DNA of 37,524 nucleotides from a virus (IMGVR_UViG_3300045106_000019:1-37524), one strand, 5' to 3'. Shown: positions 1 through 8,897, counted from the first letter of the stretch. Notes: generated by a model not told the origin, from the sequence alone. Program-made: numbers and translations.

Positions 1-162
1 GTGCGGGAACGCGAAGTTGCCCGGACCCGGAATGCACCGAGCATATCCTCTCCGTTCAAGCGCTCGGATAGTCCCGAGAGAACACCCCATCTCGTAGGCA
101 CTAGATGGCTCGCGCTCTAAGTCTGACAGGGCAGACAACATGGCCTCAGTCAGCTTAGCCAT
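1..162 (-). CDS. Small hypothetical protein, possible winged helix (truncated at window edge)
   Basis: Hand translation MAKLTEAMLSALSDLEREPSSAYEMGCSLGTIRALERRGYARC...; start overlaps the end of the upstream gene. Confidence 0.55.
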   Translation of the reverse strand, partial: MAKLTEAMLSALSDLEREPSSAYEMGCSLGTIRALERRGYARCIPGPGNFAFPH

Positions 163-439
163 CCCGCGCCTCCAGAGCTTTGAGGGCGGCACGTCCGGCA
201 GCCGTCAGAACATAGGCAGATCCGTAGGGCTCGCCGTCCTCTGTGAAGCATCCGCGCATGAATTCGAGATAACCGGCATCACGCAGACCGTGGACAAGTT
301 CGCGGATTTCTGCGCGCGACAGGCCAGTCCGCTGTTCCAAAGCCTTGAAGTGATACCCCATCCCTTCATCTTGTCCTGCCCACTCCTGAAACAGCTTTCG
401 CTGCGCATCTGGCATCTTGGCGATAAGGTCACTGTGCAT
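155..439 (-). CDS. Hypothetical winged-helix protein
   Basis: MHSDLIAK...TGLSRAEIRELVHGLRDAGYL...YVLTAAG; GGAGG SD before the ATG at 439. Confidence 0.7.
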   Translation of the reverse strand: MHSDLIAKMPDAQRKLFQEWAGQDEGMGYHFKALEQRTGLSRAEIRELVHGLRDAGYLEFMRGCFTEDGEPYGSAYVLTAAGRAALKALEARDG

Positions 440-602
440 CACGGCCTCCCAAAGCTGCCCGCAAGGTGCCTTCGGCCAATGCAAGCCACTTCTTTTTCGT
501 GGCTTTTGGAGTGCCTTCCCACGGCGTCAGGCGCTTTCCGGCCTGCAGCGTCTCGCGAAGATGCTTTGCGGCGCGGTCAATGGTGTCAGCGTCAATTTGC
601 AT
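429..602 (-). CDS. Hypothetical protein, 57 aa (below ORF-track cutoff)
   Basis: MQIDADTIDRAAKHLRETLQAGKRLTPWEGTPKATKKKWLALAEGTLRAALGGRDAQ; GGAGG SD; fills the gap and overlaps both neighbours. Confidence 0.7.
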   Translation of the reverse strand: MQIDADTIDRAAKHLRETLQAGKRLTPWEGTPKATKKKWLALAEGTLRAALGGRDAQ

Positions 603-612
603 CACGGCCTCC
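435..612. repeat. 15-bp direct repeat TGCATCACGGCCTCC at 435-449 and 598-612
   Basis: Identical copies; minus strand reads GGAGGCCGTGATGCA (SD plus start codon) at two consecutive gene junctions. Confidence 0.9.
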
Positions 613-867
613 TTTCAGGGAGCGGATGGCGGCTGCGAGAGCGTGCCAGTCGGATGGGCGAAGCTTTACAGCCTCTCGGGCTGGGGGAGTTCCCGCGCCT
701 TCCTCTGCCCTCGATAGTGCGAGCTCTATCCCTCGCACCTCGTCGGGAGACAGGATGGCGTAGCCGGAGGAACGGATCTGATCTAAGGCATGCTGGGCCA
801 TGCGACTTGATGAGTCTCTGAGGCCCCACTGCCGGAGAGCCCCTGCTATAACCTCCCGCGCGCTCAT
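592..867 (-). CDS. Hypothetical protein
   Basis: 91 aa ORF with ATGA coupling to the upstream gene. Confidence 0.65.
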   Translation of the reverse strand: MSAREVIAGALRQWGLRDSSSRMAQHALDQIRSSGYAILSPDEVRGIELALSRAEEGAGTPPAREAVKLRPSDWHALAAAIRSLKGGRDAN

Positions 868-1841
868 GGCTTGGCTCCTGCGAGTGCGGATCGAATAGAC
901 GGCAATCCGTGGACTTGATCGCCCTCGATGTAGAGGCGAATGAGCATCGCTATGGCCTGCTTGATCTCGGCGGCGACATGTTCGGCAGTATCGCGACCCT
1001 CAGCGAAGTGGATTGCAGCTTTGACGACTTCGCCGGCTTCCTCGGCCACCTTGGAAATCACGTAGTTTGGTTGCGGGAACTTGCGCATAGCCTTGTCGGC
1101 CTCTGCCCATGCGTCCACGAACAGTTCAGACACATCATCATCAGGAACCCCGACACCCCTTATCGCGCTCGCGTCGGACGGGGTGGCAATATGCGAACCG
1201 CATGTCACGCAAATCGTCTCACCTTCCGAGCGCGAAACAGAATGATCGCAGGCCCTCGGCCCCGCCTCTCCGGCAGGCTCGGCAAGGACGGAGATGCGCG
1301 CGGCAAGGCCGTTCTTCTGGGATGTCGAGTTGAACTTTTCGATGGCGGCGGCTTCTAAATCTATCCCTGCCGTTATGGCGCAGAGGATCGCCGTGTGAAC
1401 AACGTCCGCCAGTTCTTCGGCAAGCTGCTCCTTCGTGGCGCGCGAACCTCGCCAGCCCAGCCGTTCCCGCTCCAGCTTTTTAATAACGTTGCAGGCTTCT
1501 CCAACATCGCCCGCCATTTCGTTGCCCCGGAAAGACAGGTCGGGCTTCTGGTCCGGGCACCATTCTTCCTGCCGCTCGGCGTGGGCAGCCTGCAAATAAC
1601 CAAGCGTAAGCGCCTTCACCCGCGCCCAGGTAAGGCGCTCGGCGGCTATGCGTCCGTCGAGTTCTCTCTTGTAGGCTGCGCGATAGTCATCACGCTCCCG
1701 CCTCACCTGTTCAAGCTCGGTGCGGAGGGCTTCATAGTCTGAGTATCGAACGAAGCCGCCGGATGCGTGGGGGACTTTGTTGACGCATGGCGCATCCCAT
1801 TCAGGGTCGTGGCCTAGCGTGAATGTGAACCTGCTAACCAT
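864..1841 (-). CDS. Protein with two MazG-like (all-alpha NTP pyrophosphatase) domains
   Basis: NEMAGDVGEACNVIKK...EELADV and KVAEEAGEVVKA...AEIKQ motifs; start reassigned to MVSRF (GGAGG SD). Confidence 0.7.
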   Translation of the reverse strand: MVSRFTFTLGHDPEWDAPCVNKVPHASGGFVRYSDYEALRTELEQVRRERDDYRAAYKRELDGRIAAERLTWARVKALTLGYLQAAHAERQEEWCPDQKPDLSFRGNEMAGDVGEACNVIKKLERERLGWRGSRATKEQLAEELADVVHTAILCAITAGIDLEAAAIEKFNSTSQKNGLAARISVLAEPAGEAGPRACDHSVSRSEGETICVTCGSHIATPSDASAIRGVGVPDDDVSELFVDAWAEADKAMRKFPQPNYVISKVAEEAGEVVKAAIHFAEGRDTAEHVAAEIKQAIAMLIRLYIEGDQVHGLPSIRSALAGAKP

Positions 1842-2283
1842 CTGCGTTGCCTCCTTCACGGGCGCGGCGGGCAATTTCGGCATCAAGCATGGCCTGCGCG
1901 GCTTCTTCGGTTTCAGCCTCGACCCAGAAATCGTCGTCGCTGTCTGCGTCATCTGCGGGCGGCAGCGCGGCGCAATACATGACTTCCACGATGCCGCCAC
2001 GCGCGACGGCCACAATTCTCCCGGCGTTTTTCGATGACCAGTCGTAGGCGTTCTGGACGATTTCCTGTGCGCTCTCGCCGCAACAATCCTCGCTGGTATC
2101 GTCTTCCGGCCAATACCACTGACAGCCGTTCAACTTCTTGCGGAGTTCCGCATTATCGGCTTCCAAGGCTTCGAGGCGGGTGGCGGCATCATCCAAGAGC
2201 GCTGCTGTATGCTCAGATGAAGGCCCACCCATGCGGTAGCTTTCAGCGCGCTCGCGCAGCCGTTCCACCAGCTCACTCGACAT
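1834..2283 (-). CDS. Hypothetical phage protein with N-terminal coiled coil
   Basis: 149 aa, LVERLR...LLDDAATRLEALE pattern, SD GGAGG. Confidence 0.7.
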   Translation of the reverse strand: MSSELVERLRERAESYRMGGPSSEHTAALLDDAATRLEALEADNAELRKKLNGCQWYWPEDDTSEDCCGESAQEIVQNAYDWSSKNAGRIVAVARGGIVEVMYCAALPPADDADSDDDFWVEAETEEAAQAMLDAEIARRAREGGNADG

Positions 2284-2842
2284 GGCCAGCCTCCACGGTG
2301 GGGGATGCGGGCGGAAGCGGTAGGGGCTGCCAATGGGTAACCTCTCGCGCTATGCCTCCTGCTCGGAAACATTGTTTTTCCCCATCATAGAAACCGATAC
2401 GGACTCCCCACCCGCCACCTTTACGGCAATCCATGTCGTGAAGATCGCAGTGGCCATTCAAGAAGCAGAGCACGTTCTCGCTATCTTGGCCCTGCTCGCC
2501 CGGCAGCCTGTCACTGACACTGATCCAGCCATTACCCCCACCACCTGCGGAGAGACGGAGCGCGGTGGCGGCTTCCGTGAGCAGATCGGCATTCTCGCTG
2601 TCTTTCAGGTCGCGCCAGTCTGTGGCGGCATTATTCAGCCTCTCCAGTAGACCCGCCACATCAGGCGGCGTTGCGGCTTCGAGGTAGGCGCGGATGGCGG
2701 CTTGGGCTGTTACTCGACAATGATCCTGATAAGACTTCTCGGTTTCCGGGAACGGATAATCGCGGTTCGTACCATCTTCACTCCAACTGGTATCGATAGC
2801 GCTCGCTGCCGCTTCCAGCGCCTTTTCATTGAGATCGGTCAT
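2273..2842 (-). CDS. DUF551 domain protein
   Basis: WISVSDRLP...VTHWQPLPLPP signature. Confidence 0.85.
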   Translation of the reverse strand: MTDLNEKALEAAASAIDTSWSEDGTNRDYPFPETEKSYQDHCRVTAQAAIRAYLEAATPPDVAGLLERLNNAATDWRDLKDSENADLLTEAATALRLSAGGGGNGWISVSDRLPGEQGQDSENVLCFLNGHCDLHDMDCRKGGGWGVRIGFYDGEKQCFRAGGIAREVTHWQPLPLPPASPTVEAGHVE

Positions 2843-3225
2843 GCCCGCACCTTTCTGATGATCTGCTCGGCCGCGGCGATGTCGCCCGAAACCTCGTAGA
2901 GGCGGACGGCCAGTTCAAACGGGTCGATTTCGTGCCGGCGCCAGAAGGCGAGTTCGTCGCCCATAGCGTGCTGGGCTCGATGCTCTGCGGGTGTCATCGG
3001 AAGGACCCAGCAGTCGTCAGGCTTCCGGCCAGCGCCGGTCCAGACCTTTCGATGCAGCGCACTGCCCGCCCGGATATGGCAGGCCTCGCAATCGTAGACG
3101 CCCGAAATCACGCTTGGTAACCGGCGGATGAAGGCCAGATGCCTCGGGTCTTCCAGTCGGCGGGTCTTCTTGCTCGACGGGTCGAGGGTGAAGGCTTGAG
3201 GGTGACGGCGGACAGCATACATCAC
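2839..3225 (-). CDS. DUF968-like putative HNH-type nuclease
   Basis: HLAFIRRLP...EACHIR...KPDDCWVLPM...HRAQH. Confidence 0.75.
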   Translation of the reverse strand: MMYAVRRHPQAFTLDPSSKKTRRLEDPRHLAFIRRLPSVISGVYDCEACHIRAGSALHRKVWTGAGRKPDDCWVLPMTPAEHRAQHAMGDELAFWRRHEIDPFELAVRLYEVSGDIAAAEQIIRKVRA

Positions 3226-4682
3226 GCAATCTCCCCAGCCTCAACACCAACGATACCAGCGATAATCGGCAGCGTGTCGCCGGCCTCCTGCTCTCCGAAA
3301 CAGACCAGCTTGCACTGCTTGACGACGGACAGGGCCTTGTCGCGCGCCAACTGGGTGAGGTTGGCCGGCGCCGTCTTGCGAAGATCGGTAGCGATGGCCG
3401 AGACGAGCTCCTGCTCGCCAAGACCAGTCGCGGCCCAGAGCTGCTTTGCAAGGTCGAGCAACCATGCCCGGTCTTCGGGAGTGAGGTCGGAAGAAGGCGC
3501 GGCCGTTTCCGTGGTTACCTGACCGGTGTTGTCGCCTTCCTCCGAGGTGCCCGATTCATCATCAGGCTGTGAATTGGTGGCAGCAGCGGTTTGAGAGGAT
3601 GGCGTGTCCCCGCCGCTGCTGCCGTCGTCGGGAGAGGGCACCGACGATTGGGAATTGTCTTCGGTCTGGCCGCTGTCAGCCCCGCCAGTGAGCGCAGCTG
3701 TCTCGCGGGCCACAAAGGACTGGTCGAAGCCTTCGCGCGTCTGGAAGGCTTCCTCTGCCCGTGCTTGGGCAAGGCTGTCCCTGAGACTGCCGCCTCCAGC
3801 TTCGTTGATGTCTTCCTTCAACTGGTCGGCAGCGGTGGCTATCGACTTGAAGGTGTCTTTCATAGGCTCAAGCTTGGCCTGTCGCGGCCCGAGCGCTTTC
3901 CACCATTCCAGCAGGGCGCGCATACCGTTGTTGGCTGCAAGCAGGCCTTCGCGCTTTGCGGCTTCAAGCTCTTGGTCGATATCCACCCCTTGGTCAGCCC
4001 ACTGCGCTACCGATTTGCCGACTTCCGGCGTGATCTTTTTTCCGGCCGGAAAGGCGAACTCGAGGTCGCCGGGGCATTTCTGGATGGTCGGGACGTGGGT
4101 TCCCTCCGCCAGCATCATCGAGACAGTCATCTCGTAGATGAACATCTTCTCCTGAACGACAACGAAGCCTTCGTTCACAATCTCGGTTTTGCCGTTGACC
4201 TTGACCTGAGTGACCTTCTCCTTGACCCTGCAGCAGAAGATGAGATGAGCACGGGTCTGCAGAAGCTCGTTCATCAGCTTCTTGTGCCCAGCCTTCGGCT
4301 TAGCCCAGCAATGGAGCCCTGACCGCTTCGTCGATTGCTCGATAGCGTCGGCCTGCTCCAGAACGCCGCCGGTGCCCTCCCACTCATGAGAAATGCTGTC
4401 GACTATGATGGCCTTGTAGCCCGCGTCCTCGAATGTTTTGATCGCCTCGATGTAACGGGCGGACGTGAAAGGCGGGTCCAGATCGATGACATCGAAGCCG
4501 CCGGCCACATCGGCGTAGAACCGGGAGCGCTTGTTCTCAGTGTCGACAAAGCCGATCTTGCCGTTTGGGCCGACGAGCCCGCGAGCGTACAGGATAGCGG
4601 AATAGGTCTTACCGGAGCCCGAGGGGCCGGCAATCGATGTGAGGGTGAACGTCTTTTCGCGGACGGCGCGCTCGATCTTCAT
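3222..4682 (-). CDS. Sak4-like/AAA_24 P-loop ATPase (recombination) with acidic low-complexity linker
   Basis: Walker A GPSGSGKT, VDTE, Walker B IIVDS; adjacent to exonuclease; start MKIERAV overlaps the upstream stop. Confidence 0.8.
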   Translation of the reverse strand: MKIERAVREKTFTLTSIAGPSGSGKTYSAILYARGLVGPNGKIGFVDTENKRSRFYADVAGGFDVIDLDPPFTSARYIEAIKTFEDAGYKAIIVDSISHEWEGTGGVLEQADAIEQSTKRSGLHCWAKPKAGHKKLMNELLQTRAHLIFCCRVKEKVTQVKVNGKTEIVNEGFVVVQEKMFIYEMTVSMMLAEGTHVPTIQKCPGDLEFAFPAGKKITPEVGKSVAQWADQGVDIDQELEAAKREGLLAANNGMRALLEWWKALGPRQAKLEPMKDTFKSIATAADQLKEDINEAGGGSLRDSLAQARAEEAFQTREGFDQSFVARETAALTGGADSGQTEDNSQSSVPSPDDGSSGGDTPSSQTAAATNSQPDDESGTSEEGDNTGQVTTETAAPSSDLTPEDRAWLLDLAKQLWAATGLGEQELVSAIATDLRKTAPANLTQLARDKALSVVKQCKLVCFGEQEAGDTLPIIAGIVGVEAGEIA

Positions 4683-5680
4683 GCTGCGCTCCTGACTTGG
4701 GGAAGTGTGCTGTCTTTCTCGTGGCGGTCGCTCCACCACTGGGGGGCCGACCACGTGAACATGGAATCGCTATAGGTCGGCCAGTCGTTCTCGGCCAAGC
4801 AGCGGGCGAACGTATCGATCGCCCGACGATTGATGCGCATGGCGGTATAGATGTCGCCGTTATCGAGCGGCTTGATGTTGAAGGCGTAAGGCGGCTTCTT
4901 CTCAACGAATAAAAGCACTGCCTGATTGATGTGACCGGTGCCAACTTGCTCCAGCGACGTGATAGCCAGCGCCATCTGCAGAAGGTAGCCTTGGTCCAAG
5001 ATTGACCGGGCGATGCCGCGATGGGAAGCGTCGGCACAGGTCTTCAAGTCTGCGATCACCGTGTCCGACGGAATGCTGTCTGGACGCGACTTCACATAGA
5101 CGCCGGTCTTGTCCTTGACGACTATCGATCGCTCGATGCGACCACGCAGAAGATCGAGTGCGTCACGGTTTCGCGATAATTGCTCCGCGATGCCGTTGAT
5201 GGCCTCGACCTGCGATTTCAGAAGGACGGTCTTGCCTTCGGATTTACGCGCTGCAAGCCATTCCTTGCAGACCGTGGCATTGCCGTTCCACGGCTTCCAG
5301 TCGCCGTCATCGTTCTCATATTTGTCCGGTCGGATGACGTAATCGTCACGGAATCCGTCCTCGCCAAGCAACAGCGTATGTGCCGCTCGACCAAGGATCA
5401 TGGCCTCGGTGTCGTCATCATCCTCGACACGATCAGGGTTGAGATAAGACGTCGCCCAATAGTGAAGGGGCGATTTGTTCTCGATGGTGCGAAGCCCACT
5501 GGAGGAGATCGACGGCGCGATGGTCAACTGACTATGGTACGCCTCCATCGGTATTTTCCGATAGATGCCGGGCTCAGAAATCGGATTACCATCCCAGATG
5601 CGCTCACCGCGGTGACCATGAACAACGCTCTCGGCAATGGCGCCGACGGATTCGAAACGATCGGGTTCAATGCGTTCCAT
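4679..5680 (-). CDS. RecE/exonuclease VIII-like PD-(D/E)XK nuclease (DUF3799-like)
   Basis: YH...ISSSGL, GRAAH, KSRPD...IADLKT, YLLQMA. Confidence 0.85.
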   Translation of the reverse strand: MERIEPDRFESVGAIAESVVHGHRGERIWDGNPISEPGIYRKIPMEAYHSQLTIAPSISSSGLRTIENKSPLHYWATSYLNPDRVEDDDDTEAMILGRAAHTLLLGEDGFRDDYVIRPDKYENDDGDWKPWNGNATVCKEWLAARKSEGKTVLLKSQVEAINGIAEQLSRNRDALDLLRGRIERSIVVKDKTGVYVKSRPDSIPSDTVIADLKTCADASHRGIARSILDQGYLLQMALAITSLEQVGTGHINQAVLLFVEKKPPYAFNIKPLDNGDIYTAMRINRRAIDTFARCLAENDWPTYSDSMFTWSAPQWWSDRHEKDSTLPQVRSAA

Positions 5681-5869
5681 CTACGCAGCCTCCAATTCAT
5701 GTTGGGATTCAGCCTCTCGCGCCAGATCGGTGACGATCTGCGCCGCTTCCTCGCAGGACAGACCGGCAGTCAGGAGCAATTCGTAATCTCGGAACCGGCG
5801 AGCCCATTGACCGTCAGCGCGGGCAAGGCGGGCGAGTTCGATGGTGATGAGTTCGGGAGCGGGGAGCAT
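5681..5869 (-). CDS. Hypothetical protein
   Basis: MLPAPELITIEL..., TGATG coupling to the upstream gene. Confidence 0.55.
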   Translation of the reverse strand: MLPAPELITIELARLARADGQWARRFRDYELLLTAGLSCEEAAQIVTDLAREAESQHELEAA

Positions 5870-6633
5870 CAGAGTGACCCCTCCGGCTGATATTCCGGCT
5901 CGGGGAAGTACTCTTCCAAGCGTTTCCGCCAGAAATCGCGGCTCTCGTGCCACTGCGGTCCGACACTTTCTTTGACGACAGGATCGCGGTTCTGCTCGAT
6001 ATACTCGTCCAGCGCATCCGGCGTCGTGTGCAGCCCGAGCCGGCGCTGGACGCCGCCATCATCAAGCCTCCCGGCCTCGCGAAGTTCGTAAAGCGCCGTC
6101 TGGAAAGCTTCATAAAGGCCCCGATAGTGGCCGGTCTCGACTTTGCGCCATCGGTAATAATCGTCGCGAGCCCGATGGACTTCCTCAGCCTTATTCAGGC
6201 GCTCGACTGCACGGCCGATGGCAACTGCATAGATTTGCTGCTGCACCTTCGTCAGAAATTCGCGGCGGTCGCCATCGTTGAAACCGGGTGAAGCGTACTG
6301 CTCCGACATCTTGTAGACCAAGGCGGCGCGTGCCTCGTCGTCTGCCATGATGCCCTCGGCCAGTTCCTCCGCCGAAATGCGCTCAAGGATGAACCCGACA
6401 AGATCCTCAATCGGCAGGGTGATCGCGCCATCGCTAACGCTCATATTAGGGAAGTGCTTGCCGGGGTCGCTCGTTGCATAATATTTCCGGCGTGCCGTGA
6501 CCTCGCCATCTTCCCAGACGGTGATGTCGAAATCATTCAGAGAGTGGACCTTGCCCTTGCGCTCGCCATTGACGATCTCGTGGTCAACCTTGAGCGTAGA
6601 CGGGCGGTCCTGATAGCGGCTGAGGAACATCAC
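5869..6633 (-). CDS. Hypothetical protein
   Basis: 254 aa ORF coupled on both sides within the operon. Confidence 0.75.
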   Translation of the reverse strand: MMFLSRYQDRPSTLKVDHEIVNGERKGKVHSLNDFDITVWEDGEVTARRKYYATSDPGKHFPNMSVSDGAITLPIEDLVGFILERISAEELAEGIMADDEARAALVYKMSEQYASPGFNDGDRREFLTKVQQQIYAVAIGRAVERLNKAEEVHRARDDYYRWRKVETGHYRGLYEAFQTALYELREAGRLDDGGVQRRLGLHTTPDALDEYIEQNRDPVVKESVGPQWHESRDFWRKRLEEYFPEPEYQPEGSL

Positions 6634-6872
6634 GCTGCCCTTTCTTTGATCGCCAACGCCTGCTTCCGCTGCTCACGGCGGAACTTGTGGCGGGACCATT
6701 CCTTTGAAATCATGCGGTGTCGGACTTCCGCGATCAGGTCGTCGGAGAGCCAGGACAGGTCGAGTGCGCCGCGCCGGTACAGGACATCGAAAAGTGCGTC
6801 CTCGAACGTGTTTCGTCCGTTGTGGGTGTAGTTCGCCAGCTTGATCTGGTGTTCGTGGCGGGGGCGGGTCAT
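6630..6872 (-). CDS. Hypothetical protein
   Basis: 80 aa, ATGA/GTGA overlaps with neighbours. Confidence 0.7.
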   Translation of the reverse strand: MTRPRHEHQIKLANYTHNGRNTFEDALFDVLYRRGALDLSWLSDDLIAEVRHRMISKEWSRHKFRREQRKQALAIKERAA

Positions 6873-7117
6873 TCTGCGCTCTCCGACTCTGATACCCCAT
6901 GCAGATCGACAGATTTTCCGGCTTCCGTCACACGAAGCCGGCGGCGGTCGTAGCGCTCAACAAAGCCAAGCCGCTCCAGTTTCGACCATGTTCCGCGCAT
7001 GACTCCGGCGCGCTCACCGCCGGCGAGAAGAACTTGGCCGGGGCCGGCAAAGACACCGTCGCTGTTTCGATTGCGAAGCCACTTCAAAGCGGCGAGTTGG
7101 GAAGGTGTCGCGCTCAT
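6869..7117 (-). CDS. Hypothetical winged-helix-like protein
   Basis: TPSQLAALKWL...TWSKLERLGFVE...VTEAG. Confidence 0.7.
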   Translation of the reverse strand: MSATPSQLAALKWLRNRNSDGVFAGPGQVLLAGGERAGVMRGTWSKLERLGFVERYDRRRLRVTEAGKSVDLHGVSESESAE

Positions 7118-7518
7118 GCCGCCCTCCGCACGTCACGCACCCGGCGCTGCAAAAGCTCGTCCTCGTCCACCCAAGACCCGAACTTGGCATAGGCATTGGC
7201 CAGAGACATCGCCGCCTTGCGGTTGATCGGAACTATGGTGTCGAGCGCTTGCTGGCGGAGGAATTCCCGGCCCACATATGCCGCGTCGATCGCGTCAAGG
7301 ATCGGCTTGCCCCGATTAAGCTCGTACGGCAGGTCAGAAGCGCGGGCGGACGAATACGACGCGGTGGTCCAGTACACGGCCCGGCCCGAAGCTGCGGCCT
7401 CGATGGCCTGCTCCAGCATGATCGTGTCTTCGTTCTGATACACCGCCACCGCCGCCAGCAAGTCCCGGCGCACCTTCATCGGCGTATCGGCAAGGTAGTC
7501 CCGAGCGTGGATGTTCAT
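7114..7518 (-). CDS. Hypothetical protein
   Basis: 134 aa, GGAGG SD. Confidence 0.7.
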   Translation of the reverse strand: MNIHARDYLADTPMKVRRDLLAAVAVYQNEDTIMLEQAIEAAASGRAVYWTTASYSSARASDLPYELNRGKPILDAIDAAYVGREFLRQQALDTIVPINRKAAMSLANAYAKFGSWVDEDELLQRRVRDVRRAA

Positions 7519-7532
7519 CTGTCCATCCTCCG

Positions 7533-7811
7533 TCAGGCGTCGAGTGCGAATGCGCGATGCTCCGCCTGCTCACAGGCACGGAAGTCGCGATCAGCCTGCC
7601 GGCAGACAGCAGCCAAGTCGCGGTCGAAAGGAGCGTGCTGAACTTCGGCCATCACCTCATCGAGCAACGCCGCAAAGGCATCGTCGGACATCCCGTGCAA
7701 ACCAGTGCCGCAGGAAAATCCTATGTAGGCATCGCACAGTGCAGCTACGTCATCCGTGCCTGTGTGACCGCTGGATTTCGCGTAAATTGCGATTTTCTGG
7801 ATGAAGGTCAT
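7533..7811 (-). CDS. First gene of the leftward (pL) operon, hypothetical
   Basis: MTFIQKIAIY... with GAGG SD, about 60 nt downstream of the pL candidate. Confidence 0.65.
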   Translation of the reverse strand: MTFIQKIAIYAKSSGHTGTDDVAALCDAYIGFSCGTGLHGMSDDAFAALLDEVMAEVQHAPFDRDLAAVCRQADRDFRACEQAEHRAFALDA

Positions 7812-7872
7812 CGTTCTGTTTCCTCTCAAGTCCACCAGATCGGCCGGAGGCTTCTTCGTGGTGGGGATGAGC

Positions 7873-7903
7873 GGTATATCGCAGAAAATGCGATGACATG
7901 CAA
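7873..7903 (-). promoter_or_regulatory. pL-like promoter
   Basis: Minus strand TTGCAT-N17-GATATA(C) with an operator in the spacer; mirrors the pR architecture. Confidence 0.6.
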
Positions 7904-7927
7904 GAGGAGTATCGAAAAAAATGCGAT
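7878..7927. promoter_or_regulatory. OL operators (7878-7894 ATCGCAGAAAATGCGAT; 7911-7927 ATCGAAAAAAATGCGAT)
   Basis: 17-bp palindrome ATCGCA-N5-TGCGAT shared with three sites between cI and cro. Confidence 0.85.
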
Positions 7928-7957
7928 ACGGCATTGCGACGGATTTCGGGCCGTGGC

Positions 7958-7993
7958 AAAAGAAAAGCCCCGGCGGGATGATCCGACCGGGGC
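7958..7993 (-). terminator. Rho-independent terminator insulating pL (timm-like)
   Basis: GCCCCGG...CCGGGGC stem followed on the minus strand by TTTTCTTTT. Confidence 0.75.
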
Positions 7994-8029
7994 GCGCAGC
8001 ATATAGATAACTGACCGCTTATGTATCAG

Positions 8030-8490
8030 AACATGACCGGATCGACAACGAAAAACAGGCCTGCGCGGCGTGAAAATCGCAACATCTTGTGTCTGCTCGG
8101 AGGCTCCCGGCAAGACGTAGCGGTTCAAGCGCGCAAAGCGACGGTCTTCAGGGGATTTTGCCCCGTCGCGCCGATCATCCGGTGCATGAATTTCCCAACC
8201 GCTGCCGATGGCGGGAATCACCGGACGAACCTGACGGGGAGTGGAGCGCCCGTCCTCGATCAACGCTTGCTGCGTGAGGAATAAACCCAGCCACCTTTTC
8301 ACACCATTGTTGAGTTTCGATATCGGCGCGTTCCGTTCGCACCGCTGGACAGGCGGGAGGATGCCGGTGAAGGGCAGATGGGCACTGCCAAATCAAATGC
8401 TAGGCTGGGTGCATATCAGGTTCATGGATGCTTGGTCGGTGCGACGGACGCCGGCAGGAATGGACGGCCTTCGGTGTGTGAAGGACGCTC
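8030..8490. ncRNA. Candidate large structured non-coding RNA or cis element
   Basis: No protein-like ORF; many nested stems (8091-8116, 8138-44/8163-69, 8178-84/8219-25, 8233-38/8249-54, 8337-44/8437-44, 8373-77/8385-89) and a possible pseudoknot 8285-92/8403-10. Confidence 0.35.
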
Positions 8491-8531
8491 CTTTTCGAGA
8501 CCTATGGAGAAAACGTAGAAAGGAAGGCGCT

Positions 8532-8897
8532 ATGCGCGTGCTGATTTGCGGCGGAAGGGATTTCGGAACGAAAGAGCACGAGCGGCTTTGGGCGCTTTCC
8601 GAGCTTTCGCGCCTTCATTCCGAAATGCGGTTCACCGAGATTATCGAGGGCGGGGCTCCCGGTGCCGATGCCGGGGCGCGCATCTTCGGGGATATTGCGG
8701 GCGTGCCTGTCAAAACCTATCGCGCCAACTGGTTCAAGCACGGTCGAGCCGCCGGCCCGATCCGAAACCAACGCATGATCGATGAAGGCAAGCCCGATCT
8801 GGTTATTGCCTTTCCCGGCGGTCGCGGTACGGCCGACATGGTTGGGCGGGCGCGCAAGGCGGGGATTAGGGTCGTGGAGATTTCTCCCGCCAGATAG
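8532..8897 (+). CDS. SLOG superfamily protein (DUF2493/YspA-like)
   Basis: MRVLICGGRDF...IIEGGAPGAD...AGPIRNQRM...VIAFPGGRGTADM; AGGAAGG SD. Confidence 0.85.
   Translation: MRVLICGGRDFGTKEHERLWALSELSRLHSEMRFTEIIEGGAPGADAGARIFGDIAGVPVKTYRANWFKHGRAAGPIRNQRMIDEGKPDLVIAFPGGRGTADMVGRARKAGIRVVEISPAR

Noticed and set aside
8029-8043. Possible alphaproteobacterial LexA box GAAC-N7-GATC
   Set aside because: Imperfect single match expected by chance; CI has its own S24 domain for SOS induction
8355-8392. Resemblance to a cobalamin riboswitch core (GGGAGGATGCCGGTGAA...CACTGCC)
   Set aside because: Lacks the complementary CCGG arm, the CCCCGC.AC.GT element and the B12 box
8241-8531. N-terminal extension of the SLOG ORF, and ORFs 8021-8284 (+) and 7826-8302 (-)
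   Set aside because: Not protein-like; strong SD at 8521-8527 marks ATG 8532; the minus ORF runs through a terminator and operators
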